A DNA stretch of 62,923 nt, filler included, from Octopus bimaculoides (GCF_001194135.2; 4 parts of 4 records of this genome joined end to end with filler, not necessarily neighbours in it), one strand, 5' to 3'; positions 1 to 13,390 are shown, numbered from the whole stretch's first letter. Notes: a model not told the origin generated them from the sequence alone. A program made the numbers and translations.

Positions 1-56
<56 letters not shown>
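1..56. repeat. (AC)n microsatellite, representative of very many (AC)n/(AT)n/(ATAC)n/(ATCT)n/(AAT)n tracts across the window
   Basis: Direct: pure AC repeat; similar tracts flank most N gaps. Confidence 0.98.
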
Positions 57-59
<3 letters not shown>

Positions 60-204
60 CACATACAGATACACACACATACATATACATACTGATGTAA
101 TGAACAAGTCTCCCTTCCTCAAAATTTCAGGCTTTGTGCCTGTATTAGAAAGTATTATATTTGACAGAACAGTCTGAATGTAAAAGAGTTAATAATAATT
201 TATT

Positions 205-420
205 GTGGTGATAACAGTTATTCCTGTGGTAATTGAAAATTGGCCAAACTGTTTATCTAAGATGCTGAAGGATACTGCAACTGAGACTCACGTTGTCGTG
301 CAGTCCTGTATTCTAAAAGATTCCTAAGAAAGATTCTTGAGATTTGAGGAAACTTGTTACCAAATCTCAAGACAACATCTCTGCTTAGTAAAATAGCATG
401 GGGTCGTTAGATAATAATAA
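205..420 (+). mobile_element. Degenerate 3' remnant of an RLE-type (R4/Dong-like) non-LTR retrotransposon
   Basis: Translates in broken frames to VIPVVI ... LRKILEI* followed by a short ATA/AAT tail, like the C-termini at 17423-17590 and 17814-17966. Confidence 0.45.
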
Positions 421-599
421 TTCGTTAAGATTGAGCAAACTCTTCCGAAAGGTTAAATACACAGTAGAAGAGGACAATGCCATATGTAATAAAAGCAGAG
501 ACTGACTTTGTTTATGGAACTGAACAATATTTTGAGAGAATGTCTGTCTTTTTCTGTTTCAAAATGAAAAATACACAGAAATACACAGAAGCTCAAAAG

Positions 600-678
600 T
601 AGTCGGGAAGAAGAAGAAGAAGAAGAAGAGGGAGAAGAAGAAGAAGAAAAAGAAGAAGAAGAAGAAGAGGGAGAAGAA

Positions 679-710
<32 letters not shown>

Positions 711-992
711 AGAAGTAGAAGAGGAGGAGGGGGAGAGGGAAAAGAAGAAGAAGGATGGGGAGGAAGAGGACGAAGAAGGAGGAGGGGAGAAGAAAACGAA
801 GGAGAAGAAAAAAGAAAAGGAAGAAAAAGAAAAGGAAAGAGAAGAAGAAGGAGGAGGAGAAGGAGGAAGATGGAAGGGGAGGAAGGGGATGAAGAAGGAG
901 GAGGGGAGAAGATAAAGTAGAAGTAAAAAGAAAAAGAAGAAAAAGAAAAGGAAGGAGAAGAGTTGGAAGAAGAAGGAGAACAGAAAGAAAGA
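600..992. repeat. Purine-rich (GAA/GAG/GGA)n low-complexity tract
   Basis: Direct: about 390 bp almost purine-only on the + strand; explains the S/F-rich minus-strand ORFs. Confidence 0.95.
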
Positions 993-1331
993 AAAAGTGT
1001 GATTGTGTGTATGTGTGCGTGTACATGTATGTGCTGGGAAAGGAACGAGCATCAGAACGTTGGCAGAAGTAAGAGAGTTTGCCATTGTAGTAGAAAGCAA
1101 TATTTTGGAATAAATTTCATTCCTCATTAATAGCAGACATAATAATTCTTTACAGTTGTTCTTCAGTTTGTCAAAACAAAACGGAATGGAATCAAGTGAA
1201 ATCAAACAGTCTTTATGAAAGCAGAAGCTGTAGATATAAATCTTGTCAAATTTTGAGGAAAACAATCACCGCCCTTCTGGATTAGAAAGGAATATGACAG
1301 TTTTGGTAATTTTTATTTCTCTGCATTACAG

Positions 1332-1361
1332 GTGGCAATATCTTGATTTGCAGCTGATGCA
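1332..1361 (+). CDS. Candidate 30-nt coding micro-exon A of an unidentified host gene (WQYLDLQLM, phase 2 to 2)
   Basis: Acceptor ttttatttctctgcattacag| and donor A|gtaagg; only one of three frames is open; phase matches exon B. Confidence 0.45.
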
Positions 1362-1544
1362 GTAAGGTTGGAGCAGAAAAATATATTGCAGCATATTGCA
1401 TTCTAGATTAGGGGTCTGTCTCCCTCATATGAGAGGAGAGTTATTCCGTCAGAGTGCTTATCATCCCCATGGTGAGAACTTACTGGCTTCAGTTGTGACA
1501 GGAAGCAGGCTCTGAATGTTATAATTAGAGGCCTCTTCCAATAA

Positions 1545-1760
1545 TCTTTTCTATTCTAGGTACAAGGCCTGAAATTTTGGGGAGGGGTGCCAGTCGATTA
1601 CATCGACCCCAGTACGCAATTGGTACTTAATTTATCGATCCTGAAAGGATGAAAAACAAAGTTGACCGTGGCAGAATTTGAACACATAACGTAAAGACAG
1701 ACGAAATACCGCTAAGCATTTCGCCAGGAGTGCTAACGTTTCTGCCAGTTCATCGCCTTA
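1545..1760 (-). mobile_element. Full-length tRNA-derived SINE, family A (CORE-like central domain), with 14-bp TSD
   Basis: Minus strand reads a tRNA-like head with degenerate A and B boxes, then the CTTTCAGGATCGATAAATTAAGTACC core; direct repeats GCCTCTTCCAATAA (1531-1544) and GCCCCTTCCAATAA (1761-1774). Confidence 0.85.
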
Positions 1761-2137
1761 GCCCCTTCCAATAACGTCATTCAGAGGGACATGCTGGGGG
1801 AACTGGCCTGCTCTATGGTTGCAGGATAATGCATGCAAGCCGAGTTCGCCAATTACTGCTCCACAATGACATATGTGTAGCTCACACACCCAGAGACCAA
1901 GACGCTGGGTGCTGGGTCACTCTAATACGAGTGCACTCATCACCAAGAATGGTACCGGTTGACGAAGAGGGAACCAAATAAATCATGTGCTGCTCTTTGA
2001 CTGCAAAGCCAAAGGGAGGCATCTTCCAAGACAAATGTTGAGTAAAAGGAAGGAGAAATCAAAGACTCATGAATTTGTCTTGGAGACATCGTATATTGTG
2101 TTATTCTCAACCATAAATCTATTTATTTCTCCCTTGA

Positions 2138-2340
2138 CACAAGCATGATTGTGTGGATAAGAAGCTTGTTTTGAAACCATGCAATCTCAGGTCCAGTCCA
2201 ACTAGGAAACATCTCAAGGAAGTGTCCTCTACTATAACCATAGGCTAACCAAAGCCTTGTGAGTGGATGTGGTAGACGGAAATTGAGAGAAGCCTCTGTG
2301 TGCGTGTTTGCGTGTTTGCGTGTACCATTGTCTTATTAAA
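2138..2340 (+). mobile_element. tRNA-derived SINE family B, degenerate copy
   Basis: Matches 20694-21070 (CTTCTACTATA..CCAAAGCCTTGTGAGTGGAT..GGTAGACGGAAA). Confidence 0.75.
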
Positions 2341-2978
2341 TGGTTGTAAGTAAGCGTTGATATCTTACAAGTGAGTATGTATGTTTATACTGGAGATCTT
2401 ACCTGAATGTTTATATTTTGTACTTTCACTAGTGGAATCGAAGGACCAAAATGTGATGCTAAATTGGAGGCACAAAGAGGATGAATTTGAGATTTAAAAT
2501 GAGGAGTGATGTAACTCTGGTGACAGGCACAACCTTACCACTTTTATATTCATTTTCTTGTAATTTAAGGATACACCCTGACGAATCTTCACTACCATCC
2601 ACTTTCTTTCCTTATTCGGGTAACCATGTATCTCCCTTACAGCCACAACCCTGTTGCTGTGTCTCTGTCATTCTTTAACCCCTCATAAAGATACCCCGTT
2701 TGATATTGCTCACCCCCCCCCCCCCCCTCTGCACTGATGCAATTCAAAAAGCAACCAGTGCAGTTTGTAAATTTAGGAAGAAAAACCATATCAGACATTG
2801 GAGCCTGGTGTAGTTCTCTGCTTGAATCTGAGACTAAATGGTTGGGAAGCAGTCTCCTTAACTACACAATCCCACTTGCACCTTCCTGTGCAATTTTTAA
2901 CCACCTTTAATAAAATCAAATGAAATAAAATCACATATAAAAAAAACAATATAATAAATAAATGAACAAAATGTAAAC

Positions 2979-3080
2979 ATCATCATCATCATCATCGTCA
3001 TCGTTGCCTAACATCTGCTTTCCATGCTGGCATGGGTTGGACGGTTTGACTGAGGACTGGCAAGCCAAAAGGCTGAACCG
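2979..3080 (-). mobile_element. 3' end of (GAT)n-tailed retroelement, family C (LINE 3' end or its SINE)
   Basis: Reverse complement of 10640-10713; (CAT)n on the + strand is the tail. Confidence 0.75.
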
Positions 3081-3188
3081 ATCAATAGATTATTATAAAT
3101 AAACCAATGAATTATTCTTACCAAGAATATTTCTAGATTTTCTTAGAAACAAATCTCTGACTGTGTTTGTTCTGGAAAGTTCTTTCTC

Positions 3189-3232
<44 letters not shown>

Positions 3233-3653
3233 GTTGTTGTTGTAGACAGAACATATATTTATCGGAGTTTATGAATGAAATCTTGTTTTTATTTTTGGTA
3301 ATCATGAACAGCAATGAAATATTGGTGCAGCAGGAAACGAAACTGTCTTTACTAATTGAAAACGATTTCAGTAATGAATCAGTTCTATGAAATCAAACAA
3401 ATATTTTAAAAAATTCAAACGAATAATAGACAAAATCATACAAAAATAAAATATTAGTAGAGCTGACACTGAAATCTTTTCAGATTCTGATAAACTCCCA
3501 GATTATCGCATTGTGGTGTTCCATTTCTGCTAAAAATATAATTAATATCATCACCATTGATGTCATAGTCATGGCTGCCATTATCACCATCATAATCACC
3601 ATCATCACTCTCATCATAGTAGTGGCAATCGTTATCATTAACACAATAGTAAC

Positions 3654-4003
3654 AAGGCAACATCAATGTCCTCTCAACATCAATGTCCTCTCAACATCAA
3701 CGTCCTCTCAACGATTAGCCAGAAATTATTTTTAAAATGAGAATATCTGAAATAAACTTGACTGCTCTCACAAACAAGAATACTAAAAATAAACCCAACC
3801 GCTATCAAAAATTAAGTAAAAAGAACGGAAAAATATTCCAGAATCCTTGTCTGGTACCTGATCGACCCCAATAGCAGTCATGGTATGTGAAAGTGACTGT
3901 AGAAAATTTAGTAACAGTAATAAATAATTTATCCATATTTAATGCAAGCCAAAGTTCACAAATTCACCATTCAAAATAGTTTCAAAGGTGGAGGTAATAA
4001 CAA
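3654..4003 (-). mobile_element. Helentron/DINE-like non-autonomous element, family D, degenerate, with 17-bp triplication
   Basis: Reverse complement of parts of 25298-25662; CAACATCAATGTCCTCT x3 at 3658-3708. Confidence 0.65.
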
Positions 4004-4404
4004 TAAGTTCAACTGAGGAATTTTTAAATGAATAGCATGAGACCTTTTGGTTTTCTCTTCTCTTAAATTCCAGTCTTCCTTTAGTATTTCTGTTGTTTTA
4101 TATCGATGTATAGATGTATGTATATATGTAAGTATACTGTAAAGTGTTAATATGTATGTATAATATATATAATATATATATTATAAAAATATATTAGTGT
4201 TATTTAATTTCTGAATGGTTTTGCTGCCGTTTGCTTATGTAGTTTGATTTCTCTATCCATCAGTTTCTACTAAGATAGTGATATGAGTAAAATTAATAAT
4301 AGGGAAATACAAATAAAACTTTTGAAACAGCCTAAAGGGAGATAATTGAGAAAGACTTGAAAGTCAACATAAGATCATAAGTAAAGTAAATATAACAAAA
4401 TAAT

Positions 4405-4593
4405 CCAGAATTCTTGCTCGGTACCAGATTGCTCCCAAAATCTAATCAGTTTGCGCCAGTCACGAGGCCAAACATCCCTGAAGGTTTCATCTAAATCCTT
4501 TCAGCAGTTCTCTAGATATCTTGTCTACGGACAAACAAACAAACAAACACAACCGAAAACAATACCTCCACCTTCACTAAGGTGGAAGTAATA
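4405..4593 (-). mobile_element. Family D element, 5' half
   Basis: Reverse complement of about 25298-25490, including the (CAAA)n microsatellite and the AAGGTGGAAGTAATAA end. Confidence 0.75.
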
Positions 4594-4624
4594 ATCCTTT
4601 CAAATAATGATAATAACAATAATA

Positions 4625-4812
4625 ATTCTTTCTAAAATTAGCACTAGGCCAGCAAGTTTGAAGGAAGGCGGGGTGCTAGTTTATTTCCTCAACTCAAATG
4701 GATGAAAGTCTAAGTCAACCTTGGCTGAATTAGCGTTCAGCACGTAAAGTTGGATGAAATGCCTCTAAGAATTTTTCCTGGTTTGCTAACAATTCTGCCA
4801 GCTCACTGCCTT
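4625..4812 (-). mobile_element. SINE family A, degenerate copy
   Basis: Ends GCTAACAATTCTGCCAGCTCACTGCC like the other family A heads; internally deleted core. Confidence 0.65.
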
Positions 4813-4939
4813 GGAATAATAATGGAAGAAATAATAGGAGCAGATGAAACAAAAATGGGAAACGTAATTAATATGTCGGAGATTAGAGCTTTACAAATAC
4901 ATGTTTAAAAGAGAGTTTGGTTAAAGAAAAGCAAACAGG

Positions 4940-5013
4940 TTGACAACGATGATGATGATGAGGATGACAGAGACGAGGACAATAAAGACGAACAGCATGA
5001 TGATGATGATGAA

Positions 5014-5048
<35 letters not shown>

Positions 5049-5203
5049 GGAGGAGGAGGAGGAGGAGGAGGAGGAGGATGGTTCTAATAGCAACGGTGAT
5101 TGTTTATACAAATGGGAATTGTTATATTGATGCTGTTGATGTTAGTGCTGCCGATAACAACGGCACCGACACAGCGACACTGCATGCTGATTCACTGCTG
5201 TTG

Positions 5204-5251
<48 letters not shown>

Positions 5252-5299
5252 TTGCCTAATGCTGCCGCTGATGATGGTGATATCCTGAACATTTTTTTC

Positions 5300-5369
<70 letters not shown>

Positions 5370-5675
5370 CAACAACAACAACAATACTGATTGTTGTTGT
5401 TGTTGTTGTCATCATTGGTGCTGTTGTTGCTGTTATTTTCATCATTGCGATCATTGTTTCTTTTGTTGTTGTAATTAGTTTTGCTAATAATTTCAACAAT
5501 AGGAATTATGTAGAAAAATACAAAGAAATTGTCTCTCCTTATTACTGTTGCCATATTTACAACTATTATCATCATCATCATCATCATCATCATCATTATT
5601 ATTATTGCTATTATTATTATCATTATTATTATTATGAACATTGCTGTAATTGTTGTTGTTGTTGTTGTTGTTTTA
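4940..5675. repeat. Compound trinucleotide patchwork (GAT, GAG, CTA, AAT, AAC, GTT, CAT, TAT)
   Basis: Direct; explains homopolymeric ORFs in all frames. Confidence 0.95.
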
Positions 5676-6703
5676 AAGAACTAGATAATTAAAGAAAATA
5701 ATAATATGACCAAGAAATATAGGAATATCGAAATGAATAACGAGGAGAATAAGGTTTCAAAAATAGAATTTTATAAAATTTTCAATGGAAACATTTTGTG
5801 CATTTGAAAACAGTTCTTGTATTCTTGGAGACAGTAAAAGATTGGAATGAAGTTTGCCAAATTACAGTTTTGGTCTCTAAAAGCGATATTCATGTGAAAC
5901 ATTGTTTAATTAAGATATTGTATATATGCAAATAATAAAGTGCATGCTTGTATGTATGTATGTGTGTATGTATGTATAATAATACAATTAATATATAAAT
6001 ATATGCATATATACATACATATATGTACATGCCTACAAATATATGTATATATACATGAATGTATGGGTACAGGGCATGAAAAAACGTGAACAAAATGAGA
6101 AACGAGAACATAAAAAACAAAAACATAGAAAACGAACTTTTATTTGAACAACGAAAGAAACAAATAGCGAAACGAGACAGACAACAGAAAGAGCATTCCC
6201 TTCATCAGTTGTTCCCTGTTTTATCTACTCTGCATTTCGAAGGTAGGGTCAAGACACGAATTTGCTAAAACAGTCCTTCTCGTGAAGCAAATTAAAAAAA
6301 ATTTGGGATTTTTTGCAGAGGGTTAAAGTGGTAACAAAAACAGGACAGTAAGAAGAAAGCAGTAAAAACACTCAGTATTTCATCTATTCAATAAGACATA
6401 TTCCATATATTCAATAAGACATTCAATACTTTATTTCATAGTACCATCCATTTTTATTTTATATTATATATTGTATATTATATTATATATTGTATATTCC
6501 ATATTCTATATCCCACATTGGTTTTGCAGGAATATAAATAAAACATAAAAAACAGACAGTGTTGGAAACTCTTTTGAACAAAATAATATATATATACACA
6601 CATACATATACACACACGTATACACAAACACACACACACATATATATATATACACACAATATGCATGCATATATTTTACAATGGATAAAAAATATTTTTA
6701 TAG

Positions 6704-6860
6704 AACAAAGGCTATCACAGAATCTCATTTGGAACTAGTTTGGTCTATGAAGGATATCACAATGCATGAAAATGTCCAAAACATCCTTAGTCCAATCAAT
6801 ATATGGACATATGTTCTGTGTTCAAAATACAAACTCTCACTGACATTTAAACTTACTGGT
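6704..6860 (+). CDS. Candidate coding exon B (TKAITESHLELVWSMKDITMHENVQNILSPINIWTYVLCSKYKLSLTFKLTG, phase 2 to 0)
   Basis: Acceptor tttttatag|, donor GGT|gtatgt, 52 open codons in unique sequence; completes the CA+A (Gln) codon from exon A. Confidence 0.55.
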
Positions 6861-7729
6861 GTATGTTTCCTTGTTGCGTAGCCAGAGTTCAGCCTTATTC
6901 CAACGACACATAGGATCAATAAGTTGTAGATCTCATGACCTGATACGATTTGTAGATTGTCTGTTCTTTCAATGAGTTGAATAATATTTTCTACTATTTT
7001 ATTTCATCTTTGCAGTTTTTTGCAAGATTCTTAGTGTAAACGTGTGTGTTAAAGCAGATTTTGCTGTTAATTGTTGACAGGGGCACCATATTTTGTTTTA
7101 CAACCATTATATATCACCAAATACATTATGCCATGTATATTAAGTCAGAACTGTACTTGTATACGAAATGATGCAACTTTCAGTGCTGGCACTAAATTCT
7201 ATAGAGAATCTGTAGAGATAAACTTTAACAAGATTGAATGGGCCAAGATACCACAAAACTTGACTTAAAAAGGATTTAGCAAATCCTATCAGGTAGTGCT
7301 ATTTATGGCCTGGGCCAATCTTTGGTCGAAAATTTTTATCTTGGGAGGGTGATTATGCTAACAATAAATACACTCACAGGTTCTACTTCACTTCTTTATT
7401 TTTATTTGCTTATTGGTTAACTATTTAGTGAATTAGCTCATCGGTTATTTGATTAATCATTTGATCAACTCATCAATCAGCTCAGTTCATCACTCTTTTT
7501 AATCACCTTTCACTACCTCAGTAATGAGGTAGTGAAAGGTGGCNNNNNNNNNNTATATACATGCATACAGTGGCAGACTGGCCAAGTTGCCAGCTTTCCT
7601 GGCAAGTGGGTCCCTGTGCCATTAGAATCCATATATGGGGGCCCATGTTAGTAGGGTTAGGGTTTGAGAATTTTTTATTCACTCCTGGAAGAATGCTTAA
7701 TAATTTCAACCTGGATGCATATATACACA

Positions 7730-7893
7730 CATGACAGGCTTCTTCAAGTTTCTGTCTACCAAATTCACTCACAAGGTTTTGGTTGGTCCAGGACTATAGT
7801 AGAAAACATGTACTCAAGATACCATGTTGTGGGACTGAACCTGGAACCACGTGGTTGGAAAGTAAATGCTTTACCACACAGCCATGCCTGTGC
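7730..7893 (-). mobile_element. SINE family B, 5' half
   Basis: Reverse complement of the family B head (GGCTGTGTGGTAAAG..GGTTCCAGGTTCAGTCCC). Confidence 0.8.
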
Positions 7894-7985
7894 TTATATA
7901 TGTATATTTATTTTATATATGTGTGTGTGTGTGTGTGTGTGTATATATACATGTGTGAATGTATATATAAATATAAATATATATA

Positions 7986-8325
7986 TCATCATCATCATCA
8001 TCATCGTTTAACGTCCGTTTTCCATGCTGGCATGGGTTGAACGGTTTGACTGAGGGCTGGAGAGCCAGACCTTAGTCTGACTCTCCAGACTGCACCAGGT
8101 TCCAATCTGATCTGGGAATATTTCTACAGCTGGATGCCTTTCCTAACGCCAACCACTCCGAGAGTGTAGTGAGTACTTTTTATGTGCCACTGGCACAGGA
8201 ACCAGTTAGGCAGCCCTGACATTGATCACATTTGGATCGTGCTTTTTACATGCCACCGGCATGGGAGCTAGTTAGGAGGCACTGGCCAGTTAGGAGCCAC
8301 TGGCACAGGAGCCATATATATATGT
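7986..8325 (-). mobile_element. Family C (GAT)n-tailed retroelement with internal tandem subrepeats
   Basis: Reverse complement of 10383-10713; repeated GCCACTGGCACAGGA and CCAGTTAGG units at 8186-8314. Confidence 0.8.
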
Positions 8326-8755
8326 GTTTATAGATGTATGTATGTGTGTATGTATATTTATTTGATATATATATATATCACCTAATTCACACACACATAT
8401 ATATAATACATGTTTGTGTGTGCATTTATATATATATATAAATGCACATATATGTATATATAATGCATACATGCAGACACACACACATGAAATATGCATA
8501 CATTCTACATAATGTAATGTAGGGTCTATTATAATAATATAGAATACTCCAGGATATTAAAATATGAAGGTTATTGTACAAATCAGATTGAATAAACTGG
8601 CAGGATTTTGCTTATTGTTTGTATGTTTGTGTGGAGCATGCTTGTGCATGTGGCCTGACCTTGTATATATTTTAGAAAACCATGCACATACATAACACAT
8701 ACCCACCCACATATATATGTATACGTATAAAGGCATAAGCAAATAAACATTCTTT

Positions 8756-8803
<48 letters not shown>

Positions 8804-9108
8804 ATAATGTATGCATTGTGCACATTGATGTATGTATGTATGTATATGTATGCATCTAGCCACATAATTTCACAAAGTATATGCACGTCAATACAAATAA
8901 ATTAACTTTGTGTATTTTATAAATGAACATCCAATAATATTAGTAAATTAAAATCTTTGTTGTGTGCAGTTATACACATGCCGTCTCAAATAAAACACAC
9001 CCACATATAATGTACACAATATATGTACATGCATAGACATGCATGCATAAATATGCATAGGCATACATACAGAAACAGATAAACACATATTATTAATACA
9101 TACATACA

Positions 9109-9184
<76 letters not shown>

Positions 9185-9289
9185 CAAGAATAAGGGCAGA
9201 GAATCGTCAATTAATAATAGAATTAATAATTAACAATTTTGCCAAGTAGTTCAGTATGAAAAAAACCTTTATCGGTAAAACTATTTATC

Positions 9290-9411
9290 ATCATAAATAT
9301 ACAGGGATTAGCAATTGAGTTGCTTCTCCAACATACTGAAAATTCTAAATTTTCTAAATTTTCAGTATGTTGGAGAAGCAACTCAATTGCTAATCCCTGT
9401 ATATTTATGAT
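9290..9411. mobile_element. Perfect palindromic MITE-like element (55-bp arms, 12-nt loop)
   Basis: 9290-9344 is the exact reverse complement of 9357-9411; internal TA|CAGGG...CCCTG|TA resembles Tc1/mariner termini. Confidence 0.8.
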
Positions 9412-9414
9412 ATA

Positions 9415-9448
<34 letters not shown>

Positions 9449-9923
9449 AAGTAACAAGCTGAGGAAAAGAGATCCTTGAAAGGGGTGTGTTCAACATCCA
9501 ATTCATTGCTACATCAGTTGGATACCATATAAATATGGGTATAATGCAATTGCAAAGATAAATTAAATAGAGAGATCTTCTATTGACAATCCAATAATTT
9601 GTTTATATTATAATATTCTATGATATACTACGAATATAATATAGTATTATATTATATAACATAAACAATTATTAAAAAAAAACATAAAAGGCCAACAAAT
9701 TGTTTCGACTTATATACATTTTCTGATATACATACATAATAACAGTTCTCTTATATATAAGTCACTGCAGAATCATGGTTTAAAGATTGATGAAATTCTG
9801 TGTGAAAGTACGGCTGGATTGTAAAAATGAATTCAAATGTCTATGAATTATGAGCATGAGCGTTAACTATTCAGTCATACATATAAGTGTGTTAGTGTGT
9901 GTGTGTGTATATATATATACATA

Positions 9924-9954
<31 letters not shown>

Positions 9955-9959
9955 TCTTT

Positions 9960-10340
9960 TTCTTTTATTCTTTTATTTGTTTCAGTCATTTGACTGCGGC
10001 CATGCTGGAGCATTGCCTTTAGTCGAACAAAACGACCCTAGGACCTATTCTTTGTATCGGTCACTTTTGACAAACTGCTAAGCTATGGGGACATAAAGAC
10101 ACCGGCATGGCTGTCAAGTGATGTTGGGGGGACAAACACAGACACACAAACATCTGGACACACACAGACACACATACGACAGGCTTCTTTCAGTTTCCAT
10201 CTTCCAAATCCACTCACACGGCTTTGGTCGGCCCGAGGCTATAGTAGAAGACACTTGTCCAAAGTGCCACGTAGTGGGACCGAACCTGGAACCATGTGGT
10301 TGGTAAGGAAGCTACTTACCACACAGCCACTCCTGCACCT
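9960..10340 (-). mobile_element. SINE family B, near full length
   Basis: Reverse complement of 21097-21495 along its whole length. Confidence 0.9.
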
Positions 10341-10382
10341 ACATATATATGTATACATGTATATAAATACACATATATGTAT

Positions 10383-10713
10383 TAGCACCATTTGAGCATG
10401 ATCGTTACCAACGTCGCCTTCCTGGCACTTGTGCCAGTGGCACGTGAAAAGACGTTTGAGCAAGTTTGTTGCCAGTGCCACTGGACTGGCTCCTCTGCAG
10501 ATGGCATGTAAAAGACACCATTTCATGCCGGTGGCGCGTAAAAGCACCCACTACACTCTCGGAGTGGTTGGCGTTAGGAAGGGCATCCAGCTGTAGAAAC
10601 ACTGCCAAATCAGATTGGAGCCTGGTGTAGCCATCTGGTTCACCAGTCCTCAGTCAAATCGTCCAACCCATGCTAGCATGGAAAGCGGACGTTAAATGAT
10701 GATGATGATGATG
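10383..10713 (+). mobile_element. Family C retroelement ending in a (GAT)n tail
   Basis: GGTTGGCGTTAGGAAGGGCATCCAGCTGTAGAAAC...GCATGGAAAGCGGACGTTAAA(TGA)n; shared with three other loci in the window. Confidence 0.85.
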
Positions 10714-11514
10714 AGGATTTCTATGTGTAAACACATACACAAGAAAATTGCAACATATAGATAAACACAAACCATTACATATATATATATATATCTATAT
10801 ATATATATATATATATATGTAGGACATGTTTTGATTGCCTCAATAACTGATGAGATGCTGGAGCAGTTTTCCACCCCGACATCTGAAACTCAGAGTCTTA
10901 TTATGGCAACCGAATAATTGCCACATATTATATTACATATAATTCCTCTATTTACATAATATCGAGGTCTCTTTCATTCTTTTGTTGTCTTACCATTACT
11001 ATTAATACGTGTATATGTATATNNNNNNNNNNNNNNNNNNNNNNNNNNNNNNNNNNNNNNNNNNNNNNNNNNNNNNNNNNNNNNNNNNNNNNNNNNNNNN
11101 NNNNNNNNNNNNNNNNNNNNNNNNNNNNNNNNNNNNNNNNNNNNNNNNNNNNNNNNNNNNNNNNNNNNNNNNNNNNNNNNNNNNNNNNNNNNNNNNNNNN
11201 NNNNNNNNNNNNNNNNNNNNNNNATATATATATATATATATATATACATATACATACACACACGCAAATACATATACATGTGTACATTTATGTATACACA
11301 CGAACATTCATATACGCATACTTATATAAAATATTCAGTGTAAATATAATAGGAAGTAAAAATTTTTAAGAGGACATAATTTCAGTATCTGTCTGTGAGT
11401 TAACGATAATGATAACGACCAACATTTAGTGAAAGTTTTTACAAATATAGTTTTCTAACATAGCTTTTGTTGCTGCTATTGTGGCTAATATCACCCTAGC
11501 CTTTGTTGTTGCAG

Positions 11515-11548
<34 letters not shown>

Positions 11549-11895
11549 AGTTGTTGTTGGTATATTTGTATATAATTTTAAGTGATATCAGATATATCGA
11601 CTGGAGTACATTTGATAACCTAATTATATAAACTGTGGGTTGGGCACCACTTGTGGGATTAGGTTCAGCTCTTGTTGTATGAAATAAACTTTGGGTTGGC
11701 AGCAAAGCCAACATCATTTAATGAATTTATTATTGATTAAAATACTTTGTATCTGAGCATAAGGCAATTATAATACATACATACATAGATACATACAAAC
11801 ATACATACATACATACATATATACATGTAACCATATATATCTAGCCAGCTAAGTAAATGTGTGAACACACACACAGACACACATATATATGTATG

Positions 11896-11937
<42 letters not shown>

Positions 11938-12428
11938 NNNNNNNNNNNNNNNNNNNNNNNNNNNNNNNNNNNNNNNNNNNNNNNNNNNNNNNNNNNNNNN
12001 NNNNNNNNNNNNNNNNNNNNNNNNNNNNNNNNNNNNNNNNNNNNNNNNNNNNNNNNNNNNNNNNNNNNNNNNNNNNNNNNNNNNNNNNNNNNNNNNNNNN
12101 NNNNNNNNNNNNNNNNNNNNNNNNNNNNNNNNNNNNNNNNNNNNNNNNNNNNNNNNNNNNNNNNNNNNNNNNNNNNNNNNNNNNNNNNNNNNNNNNNNNN
12201 NNNNNNNNNNNNNNNNNNNNNNNNNNNNNNNNNNNNNNNNNNNNNNNNNNNNNNNNNNNNNNNNNNNNNNNNNNNNNNNNNNNNNNNNNNNNNNNNNNNN
12301 NNNNNNNNNNNNNNNNNNNNNNNNNNNNNNNNNNNNNNNNNNNNNNNNNNNNNNNNNNNNNNNNNNNNNNNNNNNNNNNNNNNNNNNNNNNNNNNNNNNN
12401 NNNNNNNNNNNNNNNNNNNNNNNNNNNN

Positions 12429-12486
<58 letters not shown>

Positions 12487-12858
12487 GCACATATATGTAT
12501 GCATATATGTTTACATTTATGACTCCATGTTCATAATAATATTTCTATATATATAAAACCATATATTTACACACATATACAGAATAGCCTTATGAATATA
12601 CAAAAATATATAACAGACCACACACACACACACACACAGACATACACAGGCATACACAGGCATACCACACATATATACATATATTTTAAAACCTGCCCAC
12701 CTACTTATATATATATATATTTATATATATATATATTTATATATATATATGTATGTATAGACATGCATACATACACACACATATATATATATATGTATAC
12801 ATACATATATATGTATATATATACATATACATATACACNNNNNNNNNNACACACACAC

Positions 12859-12894
<36 letters not shown>

Positions 12895-12913
12895 ATATTG
12901 TAATGTACAAACA

Positions 12914-13105
12914 TTATTGAATAATGCCAACAATACGAGAAATTATTGTAAATATGATAACACTAAAAATATTAATAGTAATGATAAAAATAATGATTGG
13001 AATAACAACCATACGATTATTGATTTCTCTCCCTTGATAATAATAATAACAATAATAATAACAACAACAACACCAACAATAATGATAATAACAATAACAG
13101 TAGTA

Positions 13106-13139
<34 letters not shown>

Positions 13140-13204
13140 CAATAATAATAATAGTAATAATAATAATAATAATAATGATAATAATAATAATGATAATAAT
13201 AATG

Positions 13205-13247
<43 letters not shown>

Positions 13248-13390
13248 TAATAATAATAATAATAATAAGACACATGGCAATGATACTAATAATAAAGGCA
13301 ATACACAGAGGGATAATAAAGGGGTACAAATAATAACAGAAATTGTGGAAATGAATAAAAATAATAAATATTGCCAACAAAATCACAATT
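12914..13390. repeat. Long (AAT/AAC/GAT)n compound microsatellite
   Basis: Direct. Confidence 0.95.

Noticed and set aside
453-1265. 270-aa S/F-rich minus-strand ORF
   Set aside because: Antisense reading of the (GAA)n tract.
2426-2500. Acceptor followed by GIEGPKCDAKLEAQRG*
   Set aside because: All frames hit stops without a usable donor; no support as an internal exon.
4940-5692. 250-aa poly-M/R/L/I/V/H/Y/C ORF
   Set aside because: Compound trinucleotide repeat.
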